Positions 52,586 to 64,000 of a stretch of DNA of 64,000 nucleotides are shown here, piece after piece. Made by a program: the position numbers and the translations under genes. The stretch is from Haliotis rufescens. Taxonomy: Eukaryota. The stretch's first letter is position 1, and every line of letters starts with the position of its first letter. Where the stretch lies: assembly GCF_023055435.1 (NCBI RefSeq), contig NW_025964001.1, forward strand, positions 43,090,001-43,154,000, read 5' to 3'. The notes beneath the pieces were generated by a model, which was not told where the DNA came from, searched no databases, and worked only from the letters and a program-made list of their open reading frames with translations.

Positions 52586-53585
52586 TTTGTAGATGCACAG
52601 TCGCATCGCTCAAGACCATTAACATAATAAAGTACATTGGGCGCTCACAAACATAACTTTATTTACAGTGATATGTGTTTCAATGACAAGGACGACGACA
52701 TACCTTCTTCGTTGAAGACTTGTATAAACATGACATCTAATGGTATCAGAATAGGAAGAATATAACTGTACAATCAAGGAATAAGGTAAGGGAGAATTGC
52801 TTGTTGCACTCTCCGGTCATAAACAACTATATGTGCAAGTCAGCAATAGTGTATGGAATTCAGATTCTTAAAACAATCTGCTTGATTAACAAATTAATCT
52901 TGAAACGTGGTAAAATATTAACTTCTAGCAAAGGTTAATTTATGCTCCGATGTTCATACAGTCTATGAAGGTTCATACTCAAGTGAACTCACGCAAAGTG
53001 AAAGTCAATTCTTACTTAAACTGAACTAGTGCCAGTTTGCAGTCCGGGTATGTTTGAGTCCAGATTTGGGGGAACGGGTGGCCCAGTCGCTAAAAGCGAT
53101 AGAAATCGCTGTACAGAATTGGTGCCAGGATGACAGATCCGATGGCCATGGGTTGAATCCAAGATTCGCCCCGAGTAAGATCTATTGTCAGTAACCAGAC
53201 CTTCACTTGTAGGTATTACATGCGTGGTTAACGTCGGCTGTCTGATTCTCTTAGGATGGTTTTCCCATATTACCCTGACAGCCGCGATATAACCGGAATA
53301 CTGGAACATGGTCAAGCCCAACTCACGCACTTACATATCGTACAAACGCAACTTGATTGGTCACCAGACGTACCTAAATTATGCACACCAATCTCGCCAT
53401 TAATGATAACCATAAAAACACGTCTATAAGGAGAAATAATTCCATGATACCTCCTTAAACTGAATCTCCATTGATAAGTATCGCAACGCGGCCTTCATGA
53501 CACGTCCTGTAAAATGCTACCCACATGCCCTAAAAGGTCACTTCGCAATGACGGTCATCCATCCTAATGACAATAAAATATATAG

Positions 53586-53936
53586 TTAAGATCCGGGTTA
53601 GAATAGGTCTTCAGCAGCCCATGCTTGCTGTAAGAGGCGACTATGCTTGTAAGAGGCGACTAACGGGATCGGGTGGTCAGGCTCGCTTACTTGGTTGATG
53701 CATGTTAACGTATCTCAATTGCGTAGATCGATGCTCATGATGTCAATGACTGGATTGTTTGGTCCAGACTCGATTATTTACTGACCGCCGACATCATGAG
53801 CATCGGATCACGCATTTGGGATACGATGATATGCATCAACCAAGTCAGCGAACCTGACCACCCGATCCCGTTAGTCGCCTCTCACGGCAAGCATGGGTTG
53901 CTGCAGGCCTATTTCTACCCCGGATCTTCACGGGTC
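53586..53936. mobile_element. Family A inverted (+/-) composite
   Basis: A + copy is fused at CCGCCG|ACATCATGAGC to a - copy that runs to its GACCCG head. Confidence 0.85.
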
Positions 53937-54214
53937 TCACCCCGTTCCATGTAGTATGCAGAAGGATATACGCTTGAGACACGGACTCTCATTTGTATTA
54001 TCCTCACTGCAATCAAGTCAGGTCATAATATGTAGATACAGGTGATCCTCGCAGACGATGTAACTACAATGAGTGCTCACACTATCAACCACTTGCTTGC
54101 CTAGTCCAGACTCGGTTGTAGAGTAGAACCCTATACACTCACTCTCTTGCAAGTGAATCTTCTTCTTATTGTCTTCAATGTCGACTTTTGTTGTTTTTAT
54201 TGAATTTCCAAGGA

Positions 54215-57200
54215 TCAATCGGCAACAAATATCTTCTTCGCCCTGTGGGTGGTGGGGGGTGAGGGGGCGAGCTGGGGGTCGTTGGGGTTATGGGGCTTGT
54301 AGTTGTACAGCTGGGGGGAGATGCTGGGGCCGTTGCAGCAGAACTTGAAGAAGCACAGACACATGACCAGGAAGCCGACACAGAAGGCTACCCCACACAC
54401 AAGGCCAATCACCACGGACCGGGACACATTGTTCGACTGAAATGGAAACGTGTCAGAAAGTGACAAATACAGGCTCACCAAAATGTTCGGGAATATTCGA
54501 AAAATTAGGTCATACGGAAAGGGTAAACACAGCATATTCAAAATTAAGTAACAGTAAAACAGCAAGGCTATTTTCTTTTTGACACACATGAACGGCAAAA
54601 ATAACATTTCAAATATGGCTGACATTGCGACGATGTTTGAAATCGGATGTGAATTCTGTGAGTAATTTAAGAAACATAAATGCTGTGATCAGCAAACAAC
54701 AAATTTCAGCTTCATTAACTATTAGGTTTTGGAGAAATTGTCGAATAATAAGCTATACTGGATATTGAGGGATGGGAAGACAGAAATAATGTAAAGATTT
54801 AGATGAAATTCAAAATGCGACACAAACTTACAATATGTCGCTGAGCTCACAACATACTTGCTGCATGTCGAATTTCATAATGATACATACCGAAATGGTT
54901 GGATAATGGGCAAACATTACATAGCTGTCGTGACGGATCAGAATTCTGTTCGCAAGTTCAGAGACACGATAGCTGGGACCACTCTTGCAAAGTTTCATTA
55001 GCCATGTGGTTTCAGACGGGAATATAAACGGGCAGGTGGACGGACGATGGAAATACCTCACGCCATAAGTTCACTTGAATTGAAAGTTCAGGTGAGCTAA
55101 AATAGTAGATGTTTTTACGGCATTTGCTTCGAAATCTTATATGTAATGTTAACTATAGAATAATTATCATCTCGTCTAAAGATTAATATTTTACACTTAG
55201 AAATAATACAGGCAGAATATGACTAACACTCGCGTAAATAAGGCTTTCAAAAATCGGGCCTGTTGTTTTTCACAATGTTATTATCAGCCGTGGCCCCACT
55301 ACACATATGGGGGCGTCAATCTCTGCCTCTGTCATATTATGCATTTGGCTGATATTTAATGCAATACTAATTATATGACAACGTTTAGGCCTAGATATGA
55401 TTCTATTTATGGCGAGGAAGGAAGCTGTTAAATATAATCGATATAGCCCTTTTCATAATCATAATCATAATAAACCCTTTCCATATTACGAAATCTCTGC
55501 TAAAAGCAGAGTCGATTGTACGATTCCAACTATTCCGTCACAAACGCATACAAAGGCAAGTCAATTGTTCACCTGAACATACACTGAAACATGTGGTACA
55601 AGTCAAAATAGGGAATTGAATCAGACATCGTTTTTGTCACAGATGAGTCAAATTTGGAAATGTCCTCATGTCTACATAAAATTCTTTGAACCTTGATAAA
55701 AAAACTTCTGAGCACCTAACAGGAAGCTGTTAGGTCAGCAAAGTGGAGTATACTTATGAACTAGAGAATTAAGGCAAATACTGGATTCATTTGACATTTC
55801 AAACAATGTCTGGAAAGATCTTTTAGAATTGTTTCGGAAACGACCATACCCTCCTGTCAGCAGCTCCCCTGAATCGGTTTCAGTGGAAGTGTATATATAG
55901 TGTGATAATATAAAAAAGGGGGTCGAATACCCCCTAAACGATTTGAAAAAGAAATGGGTATGTATCGGAAAAGATATATTTATATGTCGGAACATGAATT
56001 ACCCAGACTGTAAAGTACTGTTTTCAGAGAAATTTTGACCGACTTACTTTTTTTCTAGTGGTCGGCTGTGGTGTTGTTCTGAGGACTTGGACTTCTAGTG
56101 ACGTCCCTGTCCCTGTTCCCCCCGACTCCGTCCTTCCGGGCCCCAGTCCCCCTGTAGTGACAGAAACTCCCCCGCTTCCAGTGCCAGATCCAGATGAGAC
56201 GGACCCGATGGATCCGTCTGGTACAGCCGTGGTTCCCCCTGCAGTGGATCCTATCTTCGGGGTCGTGTCGTCTGTTACTGTTCCTCCACCTCCAACATTG
56301 TTCCCAGTACCTTCTGTGATAGTTGTCGCAGATGACAGAGAGTTGGTAGAGTCTGACAATGACTGTAGAAACTCTGAACTGCTAGAAACCTGCACTTTAG
56401 GTGGTATTGTAGTTTCACAGAAAACTATAGACCCTGAGAAATTGTAATAAACAATCATTGTTGGGACTTCAGACGTACTCGATTGCAAATCTGGTTCTAC
56501 GTTCATAGTTCCTGTTGAAACTACCAAAGATATATTTAAGGGCGTTGTTTGCTGAGGACCTTGAAATATGCTTGTTTTGTTTGGAGTACTCCGAGATAAT
56601 GTTACGGAAGATGGTGTGATGCAGTCAGTGCAATCCATATCGTTAGTCGTCAGTGTCGATACTGGCGTCCCCGAGAACCTAGAAGGTACAGTGTCTGGTA
56701 CAAACGACGATGACATGTTGTACATTTCTGAAACGAATTCTACAGTTGCATTGTCAGTAGCAGACGATGTATAATTCACTGATGAAACGATGACACTATC
56801 AACTGCAGACGAAGAGGACATGGTTTCGTGCGCTGTTGTTTCAGGCATAATAAGTTCTGATATCTCTGAACCTGGGCTAAAAGGAAGGCTAGCTTCACTG
56901 GTGTAGGACATGACCTCGCCCGTTTCAGTCGAGTCAAGGCTTGAAAGTTCATTAGGATCAGACCGGAACCGGAAGCTCGCACTTGGCTCAATCTGAGTGT
57001 AGTGTTCGGTAGGAGCTTCACTTACGCAGCCAATGTTTGACATTGAATCAGAATAGCATCCGGGGCTTGAAGAGTGTATTTCGGAATGCTGGGTAGATCT
57101 TAGTCTTGCCTTTCTCCAAGCGTCATACCAACTGCTAACGACGTCCGTGCACTTTCTGTACGAGGCGTCAGGATCAAACAGCTGCAGGATGTAATCATTG

Positions 57201-60200
57201 AGAGATAGCGAGGAGCTGCTTGACTCTACCCAAGTTCGAGATGGATCAGGGACATGAGTTTTATTTGCTAATATTTCGGTAAGATCAGACTGTTTGTCTA
57301 ATGGCTGCATTTGGTTGGCATTTCTAACAGAGTCAGATTTGAATGTCAGACTTTCATTTTGTGACGTGCTTGATGGTGCTATGATACCGTTGCCTGTCGG
57401 TGACAGTATGCTTGATAACGGAGCAGTTGGGGAATCAGTATTTATGACTGATGTCTGGAGGTCCGACCCTGCAGGTGATGTTGGAAAATCAGACATAAGT
57501 TGCTCGTGGGGTGTCACTGTCTTGGTGACCAATGTAGAATCTGACAAAGGATCATCCTGACTTGTCTGCGTCTGGCTGCTGAATGTAGAATCTAACACAG
57601 GTTGGTCCTGACTTGTTTTGGCCTGGTTGCTGAATGTAGAATCTAACACAGGTTGGTCCTGACTTGTTTGGGCCTGGCTGCTCAATGTAGAATCTAACAC
57701 AGGTTGGTCCTGACTTGTTTGGGCCTGGTTGCTGAATGTAGAATCTAACACAGGTTGGTCCTGACTTGTTTGGGCCTGGTTGCTGAATGTAGAATCTAAC
57801 ACAGGTTGGTCCTGACTTGTCTGCGTCTGGCTGCTGAATGTAGAATCTAACACAGGTTGGTCCTGACTTGTTTGGGTCTGGTTGCTGAATGTAGAATCTA
57901 ACACAGGTTGGTCCTGACTTGTCTGCGTCTGGTTGCTGAATGTAGAATCTAACACAGGTTGGTCCTGACTTGTCTGCGTCTGGCTGCTGAATGTAGAATC
58001 TAACACAGGTTGGTCCTGACTTGTCTGCGTCTGGCTGCTGAATGTAGAATCTAACACAGGTTGGTCCTGACTTGTTTTGGCCTGGTTGCTGAATGTAGAA
58101 TCTAACACAGGTTGGCCCTGACTTGTTTGTGCCTGGTTGCTGAATGTAGAATCTAACACAGGTTGGCCCTGACTTGTTTGTGCCTGGCTGCTGAATGTAG
58201 AATCTAACACAGGTTGGTCCTGACTTGTTTGGGCCTGGTTGCTGAATGTAGAATCTAACACAGGTTGGCCCTGACTTGTTTGTGCCTGGTTGCTGAATGT
58301 AGAATCTAACACAGGTTGGCCCTGACTTGTTTGGGCCTGGCTGCTGAATGTAGAATCTAACACAGGTTGGTCCTGACTTGTTTGGGTCTGGTTGATGAGA
58401 GTAGAGTTGGTGTCGAGCGTTGAGCTGGTGGGTGCCCCATATGCCTGCACGACAAGCAGCACCCACACTGCGTGCCAGACCGGCGTTGACGGGGCTGAAA
58501 CAAATGGGGGAAGAATTAACTTTTCCACACATCATTGAGTACAAACGTAGAGAATCATGTGCAGAAACAAACCACATGAAACTTCATAGATAGTGTCAGG
58601 ATAGTGTATTTCAGGTCGCCAGGATAATGTATTTCACTTCGCACTCAATATATATTTCTCAAGAAATATGTCAAATTAAGGGAAAGTGGTCAAACATAAC
58701 ATGTTATATCTGGGAATATATTTTCTTGGTAAAGTACAAATTCTAGCACTATATTTATTGGAGGCCCTTCCGGGATTCGAACCCACACTCTCGGGGTGAG
58801 GCTACTAATCGCCAGAACACAAATTCAGCGATCTAACCCACTCAGCAACCGAAACTGGTAGTCTAGATCACGTACTTTGTTTAGCCCTCCGATAGGTGTA
58901 CATAGACACGACTCCCATGACCGAAGCTAGGTACAGATAATACATTCGGATTACAATTTTCACTCAAACATACTTGTTGGCAGGGACGGGTCCCTCACAT
59001 GATACTGTGCAGGGGTAGGGAAGGGGTAGCCCTACTAATAGTAAGCTTGCTTGTCTTTCAACTCTGGAAAGTAACTGGTAGACATCGCGGAGTATACGAG
59101 TGTGCACCAGATTCGGTGGCACAATAACGTTAACCTGACACAGAGTCATTGATACCACTTGAATCAGAGACGAATTGTATGTAATCTACTAATTAAAAGA
59201 CTTTCGATTATATCTCACTAAATATGATCAGAACAAAATTTGCACTATTATTTTACTATTAACGACCCGTCAAGATCCGGGGTACAATAGGGTTTGAGCA
59301 ATCCATGCTTGCCGTAAGGGGCGACTATGCTTGTCGTAAGAGGCGACTGACGGGATCGGGTGGTCAGGCTTGCTGACTCGGTTGATGCATGTCATCGTAT
59401 CCCAAGTGCGTAGATCGACGCTCATGATGTCAATGACTGGATTGTTTGGTCCAGACTCGATTACTTACAGACCGCCGACATCATGAGCATCGGATCTCGC
59501 ATTTGGGATACGATGACATGCATCAACCAAGTCAGCGAACATGACCATCCGATCCCGTTAGTCGCCTCTCACGGCAAGCATGGTTCAGACTCGATTATTT
59601 ACAGACCGCCGTCATATATATGGGATATTGCTGAGTGCTGCGTTAAACAACAAACAAACAAACTATTAAACGAGAATGCCAGTTTTGCAATGAAGGGCAT
59701 AATTATTGAAGATGAGTACTATTTTATTTAGGCTTGTGCAAGGTACGAATCACTTCGAGTTAGATACATACATACGAGTAAGTATTCCTCTACATGTCTC
59801 CCAAAGACAAAAAGCATGTACATTTAACATGCTTGGGGCATCTACAAACACGGATGATGTCAAAGAACTAGTTATATATATATACTGTAACGAAATGCTT
59901 GGCTAGACACTACATGAATGTGTGAACATGACCATTCGTCATGGAATAAGATCATTTCATAGTTCTTCGTCCCTACGCATCACTACCGGACGCCTCACCT
60001 CGCATAATTGTCTTGTTCCAAAGTACCTTAAGACGAAACACATCACTGAATGTGTTCCCCCACTTTACGAAATACACCCTATGTCCAACCAAACATATAT
60101 TCTTCATATCAATCGACAGTTAATTTACAAAGATTTTTCAGGTTGTAAAAATATGTAACAAACTGTATATTGTACTGGAAATCTAAAAATTAAATTATTT

Positions 60201-60906
60201 AGCCTTAAGTCATGTCACGGATAGCTTCTGGTTGACTCACTGATCTCACTTGGCGGTCACGTGCAGTATAGTTTGTATGTAGACAACAGGAACAGATGCT
60301 GTGTAAGTAAAGTGAGATGTACCTTGAAACTAACTCTGACTGAAGGTTGTTACCATATTAATATAGCCCCAACATCCTCCACCAGTACTTGTCAACAACG
60401 GTGCTAAATATTGACACATAGCCTAGAGTGTCCAATCTGTATCAGAGATCGGAATCAACACAGAATGATTAATTTCTTGTAACAGACCCGCCACGTGTAA
60501 ACATTTCCTCACCAATGCCACAGGCAACATAACATGCTCCTTGTGGACATTTCAAATCCTGAAATACACGCAACATAGAATTCATTTTTATTCGCCTTCA
60601 ACTACCTCCACGAATATTACCATCATCCATTCTAAAAGTGCCAGTAGACTATTTAGTTAATAAATATGTGATTTATTTCTGTTGACTGAAGGAGAAAAAC
60701 AAGCCCATGCCGACTTATTACTTGATACATCAGATACCACGACATATAATTTTCGCCGATACAAAAATCGTTTTCAGACTACTTATACCCGAAATCAAAG
60801 CCTATATGTACCTCACGCAGAGGCTCGAACGCGGAATGGTCGTGGATGGTATAAAAATGTACTATTGATACTCACATGCCAACGGAACCAGACCAAACTT
60901 CCCCAT
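54215..60906 (-). CDS. Mucin-like single-pass type I membrane protein with 17-aa repeats (3 coding exons, ~899 aa)
   Basis: Exons 60906-60876 (MGKFGLVPLA, GTGAG donor), 58494-56048 and 54436-54215; phases 1 and 0 match, total 2700 nt. Signal-peptide-like WHAVWVLLVVQAYG, S/T/P/Q-rich ectodomain, TM VVIGLVCGVAFCVGFLVMCLCFF, Cys cluster and short Pro-rich tail. Confidence 0.8.
57530..58392 (-). repeat. 51-bp coding tandem repeat (16 copies plus 1 degenerate)
   Basis: Encodes Q(A/T)(Q/K)TSQ(D/G)QPVLDSTFS(S/N). Confidence 0.95.
59264..59661 (+). mobile_element. Family A +/-/+ composite
   Basis: Same inversion junction as the 53586 copy, returns to the + tail, and is flanked by an ACTATTAA(A)C TSD. 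Confidence 0.85.
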
Positions 60907-61507
60907 GCTGTTATTGTCCTCAGCGCTATACTGTTCCTTCTGTTGACAGTCAACACTGACGTATCATGCTATTACGTCCTGGGTTCCGTCTCCCACGCTT
61001 GCATCACAGAGACAAACAAAGAACACCGATGGCATCAAGGTACTGCTCCAGATCCTGGTGTTCCAATACACCCGCTGTTATATGTAGTCGCAGTCACACT
61101 AGTATATCATCACACCTGTTTATCGACGCCGTTGGTATTGCAGAGCAACATGGATTGATCCTGAATATGTGTGAGTTGTTCTGATATTGAGGACAGTATA
61201 CCCACGCATCACCTGTTCCTGGGTTGTTTCTGTGAAGTAGGTTGACCGTGGACGACAACGCAGACAGCTTTCTTCACGACTGTCAATGTTTTTTTTAATA
61301 ACATCAAAGACGACATTTTAGAGAAAAAAACAATCCGAAATTAAATGTGTTCTAATTACTGCACAAGGACTGTAGACGTGTGGACGACCTGCCTAGACAG
61401 GGGCACATGAAACATCCGGCGATTAACCCTTTGTAGCTCGGAAGCAATCGCTGTTTTGCAAAATGTGAACACGTTTTCACACATATTCATCGCAGGAAAA
61501 ATGCACC

Positions 61508-61750
61508 AGTGTCTTCATGTAGTCAGACCGTAGAGTCTGATTTTCTGCAGGTAATATTCAATAGTGTCTTTGTGCAGTTAGACCAGAGTCTGATTATCTG
61601 CAGGTCATATTCAATAGTGTCTTCGTGCAGTCAGACCAGAGTCTGTTTATCTGCAGGTCATATTCAATAGTGTCTTCGTGCAGACAAACCAGAGTCTGTT
61701 TATCTGCAGGTACATATGTCTCCATACAGTCAGACCATTCAGTCCGATTA
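61508..61750. repeat. ~53-bp tandem repeat (~4 copies)
   Basis: Unit CAGTCAGACCAGAGTCTGTTTATCTGCAGGTCATATTCAATAGTGTCTTCGTG. Confidence 0.85.
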
Positions 61751-62647
61751 TATATGTGAATGGTCATCAGTGTTCCCTTGCAGTCTAATATAACCCGATC
61801 ATCATACTGATGAGCGATGCCCACTCACCTACAGTTAATGTTAACCTACATAACTTGTCCTTCAGAAGCTCTCGAGTGACAATGTCGGGTGTAAACTAAG
61901 TTCAATAGTTACTGTTATGAAAAATGATTTATACCAACAGTAAACCACTTCAGCGCGTGTGACTGTCCACCTGCTTCTAAGAGTCCGTTAACTGTTTTTT
62001 CCGCACTTTTTACACTAATTCAGTATTGGTTGAGAAGTAGCTTGTTTAAATCAGTTGCCATAGTGATATCAAATCTATATGTGGGAATGTCCACTGATTA
62101 CCTGAATAATTAATATGTCGGTATTGTATATACCCAATAAAGTGAAACTACATCGTTCTCATGATGAGGCATAACAATCAGCCTCTTTACTGCCCAGCAT
62201 TGATGCAGAGTTTCTCGCGTGAGCTCGTGCCATAGATCATGGCCGGTTATGACTGGACCAGCACACAGCAAGTCTGTGTGTGTTTTCATGTCGGGGCTAA
62301 TTAACTATAGCAGCTATACCCCGGAGACTTCCGTGCCTTCATCCATCTGATAAAACGCTGCGCTGATTACGCGGACACACATGACTGTCGACAAGCCACC
62401 CTAAAACGGCGGCTATTATGGAGTGCGTGACGCACGTCACTGCCAATGTATAACATAATCCTTATAACATTCTGAGAATTAAACTTTCGGTCCCATAATG
62501 ATATTGGTCGTGATACCGTGAAGAACTGATTTATATAGAATAATATCTTCTTAATTAATAACAGTGTTAGACTGACATACATGACAGTCAAGACTGTATT
62601 TTTTGTAACGACGTTTCAGGGCTACTTCGTGTCCCTTCTCCATTAGG

Positions 62648-62858
62648 TGAAGATCCGGGTTACTTCAGAAACCCATGCTTGTCTTGAGAGGCGACTAACG
62701 GGATTGGGTGGTCAGGTTCGCTGACTTGGTGATGCATGTCATCGTATCTCAGGTGCGTACATCGATACTCATAATGTCAATCACTGGATTGTCCGGTCCA
62801 GACCGTTATCCGTGTTGGACTATTACTGAGTTCGGCGTTAAACAACAAACAAACAAAA
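62648..62858 (+). mobile_element. Family A retroposon copy
   Basis: Matches the consensus, with small deletions. Confidence 0.8.
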
Positions 62859-62902
62859 CCAGTGACTCCTATGACTACTGATCAATATCATACTTTCACA
62901 GT

Positions 62903-62937
<35 letters not shown>

Positions 62938-63106
62938 AAAATCAAGAAATACCGAAGATGACAAGATACGATTCCTACATCATGAGCATGTGTTTATGAA
63001 TCAATATCAAATAATGTTTATTTGTTTGTTCGTGAAAAGGTGAACGTACCTTGCCCAACCTGTGGCACCGTCAAACTCGGGTGAATATGTAAATATATGC
63101 CGAAAT

Positions 63107-63366
63107 GACCCGTGAAGATCCGGGGTAGAATAGGTCTTCAGTAACCCATGCTTGCCGTAAAAGGCGACTATATGCTTGTCGTAAAAGGCGACTAACGGGA
63201 TCGGGTGGTCAGGCTCGCTGACTTGGTTGATGCATGTCATCGATCCCAATTTCGTGGATCGATGCTCATGATGTCAATCACTGGATTGTCTGGTCCAGAC
63301 ACGATTATTTACAGACCACCGTCATATAGCTGGAATATTGCTGATTTCGGCGTTAAACAACAACCA
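63107..63366 (+). mobile_element. ~260-bp non-tRNA SINE-like retroposon (family A), full-length copy
   Basis: Starts GACCCGTGAAGATCC and ends GGCGTTAAACAACAACC, with a 12-bp TSD ATATGCCGAAAT (63095-106 / 63367-78). Confidence 0.9.
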
Positions 63367-64000
63367 ATATGCCGAAATATACTACTAAAAATGTTAAGGA
63401 TCACCCGATTCTTATATTTTAAATATATGATGAGACATGCATAAAGTATACGTCTCATACATTCTGATACAGCGTGCTTATATTTTCAAAATATCGTGTA
63501 AGGGTACATTACATATAAGGCATGACAAGTACTTCAAAAGTTTTACAAATCTCGTTCACATAAATCACAAGTAAGTGTATAGGTTTCAGTTTAAAGCAAT
63601 ATTTCATGAGCGCCGATCAATCGTCTCCAACACACCTTATCTGTACACGTTTTGATAGACTCACTCTCAATATATCATGAACAATTCCAAAACCTTATGA
63701 CGTATGAAACCTATCTCACAAAGCGAGAAGTTCAAATTTCTCGTTGACCTTGAAGTTTAATATGCAACAGATTTAAAGACACGGGTTGTACTGCGAACCC
63801 TTTAATTGGGTTGTCCCGTAGTGCAGGTAGCTAGGCAGTGCTAGGTGTAGGTTTGCGGTAATTCAACACAGACGTCAGTGGAAACGCCGTTCATGTGAAC
63901 AAGCCAACGCAGGGACCTGCTCCAGAACGCAGGTAAATGCTTTGATCATTGTAAAGGTGAAATCTGGTGGAAGATCTTAAGGTGTAACATTCGCGGCATG

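Noticed and set aside
57552-58577. 341-aa overlapping ORF (NKSGPTCVRFYIQQPG repeats)
   Set aside because: Alternate frame of a 51-bp repeat, which stays open because the unit is a multiple of 3 with no stop.
60682-61184. 158-aa and 72-aa + strand ORFs
   Set aside because: They are antisense to the first exon of the mucin-like gene and have no recognisable motifs.
63007-63444. Recurrent short ORFs such as [20 protein letters not shown] and SITGLSGPDSIIYRPPSYSW
   Set aside because: These are translations of family A retroposon copies, not a gene family.

Overview
AT-rich, intron-containing animal DNA. The repeat landscape suggests a marine mollusc such as abalone, but that is an inference. 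Four spliced host genes can be built by hand with consistent exon phases: LRRC73-like (+, 11124-15132), cytoplasmic tryptophanyl-tRNA synthetase WARS1 (-, 39707-21489), WDR25 (+, 42465-48430, head-to-head with WARS1 as in human), and an orphan mucin-like type I membrane protein (-, 60906-54215). WARS1 intron 1 holds a complete but disabled 6.7-kb AcademX DNA transposon (TIRs plus TAA TSD) and a 5'-truncated RNase H-bearing I/Nimb-type LINE. The rest is LINE, Penelope, Tc1 and Kolobok-like relics, several SINE families, MITEs with readable TSDs, and minisatellites. The most unusual items are: (1) about 34 tandem copies of the WARS1 exon-5 end plus its splice donor; (2) an abundant non-tRNA retroposon with an exact 5' end and a pseudoknot-capable head, a candidate ribozyme; (3) the apparently ancient WARS1-WDR25 bidirectional pair. 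Coordinates were counted by eye and family names come from remembered motifs, not database searches.
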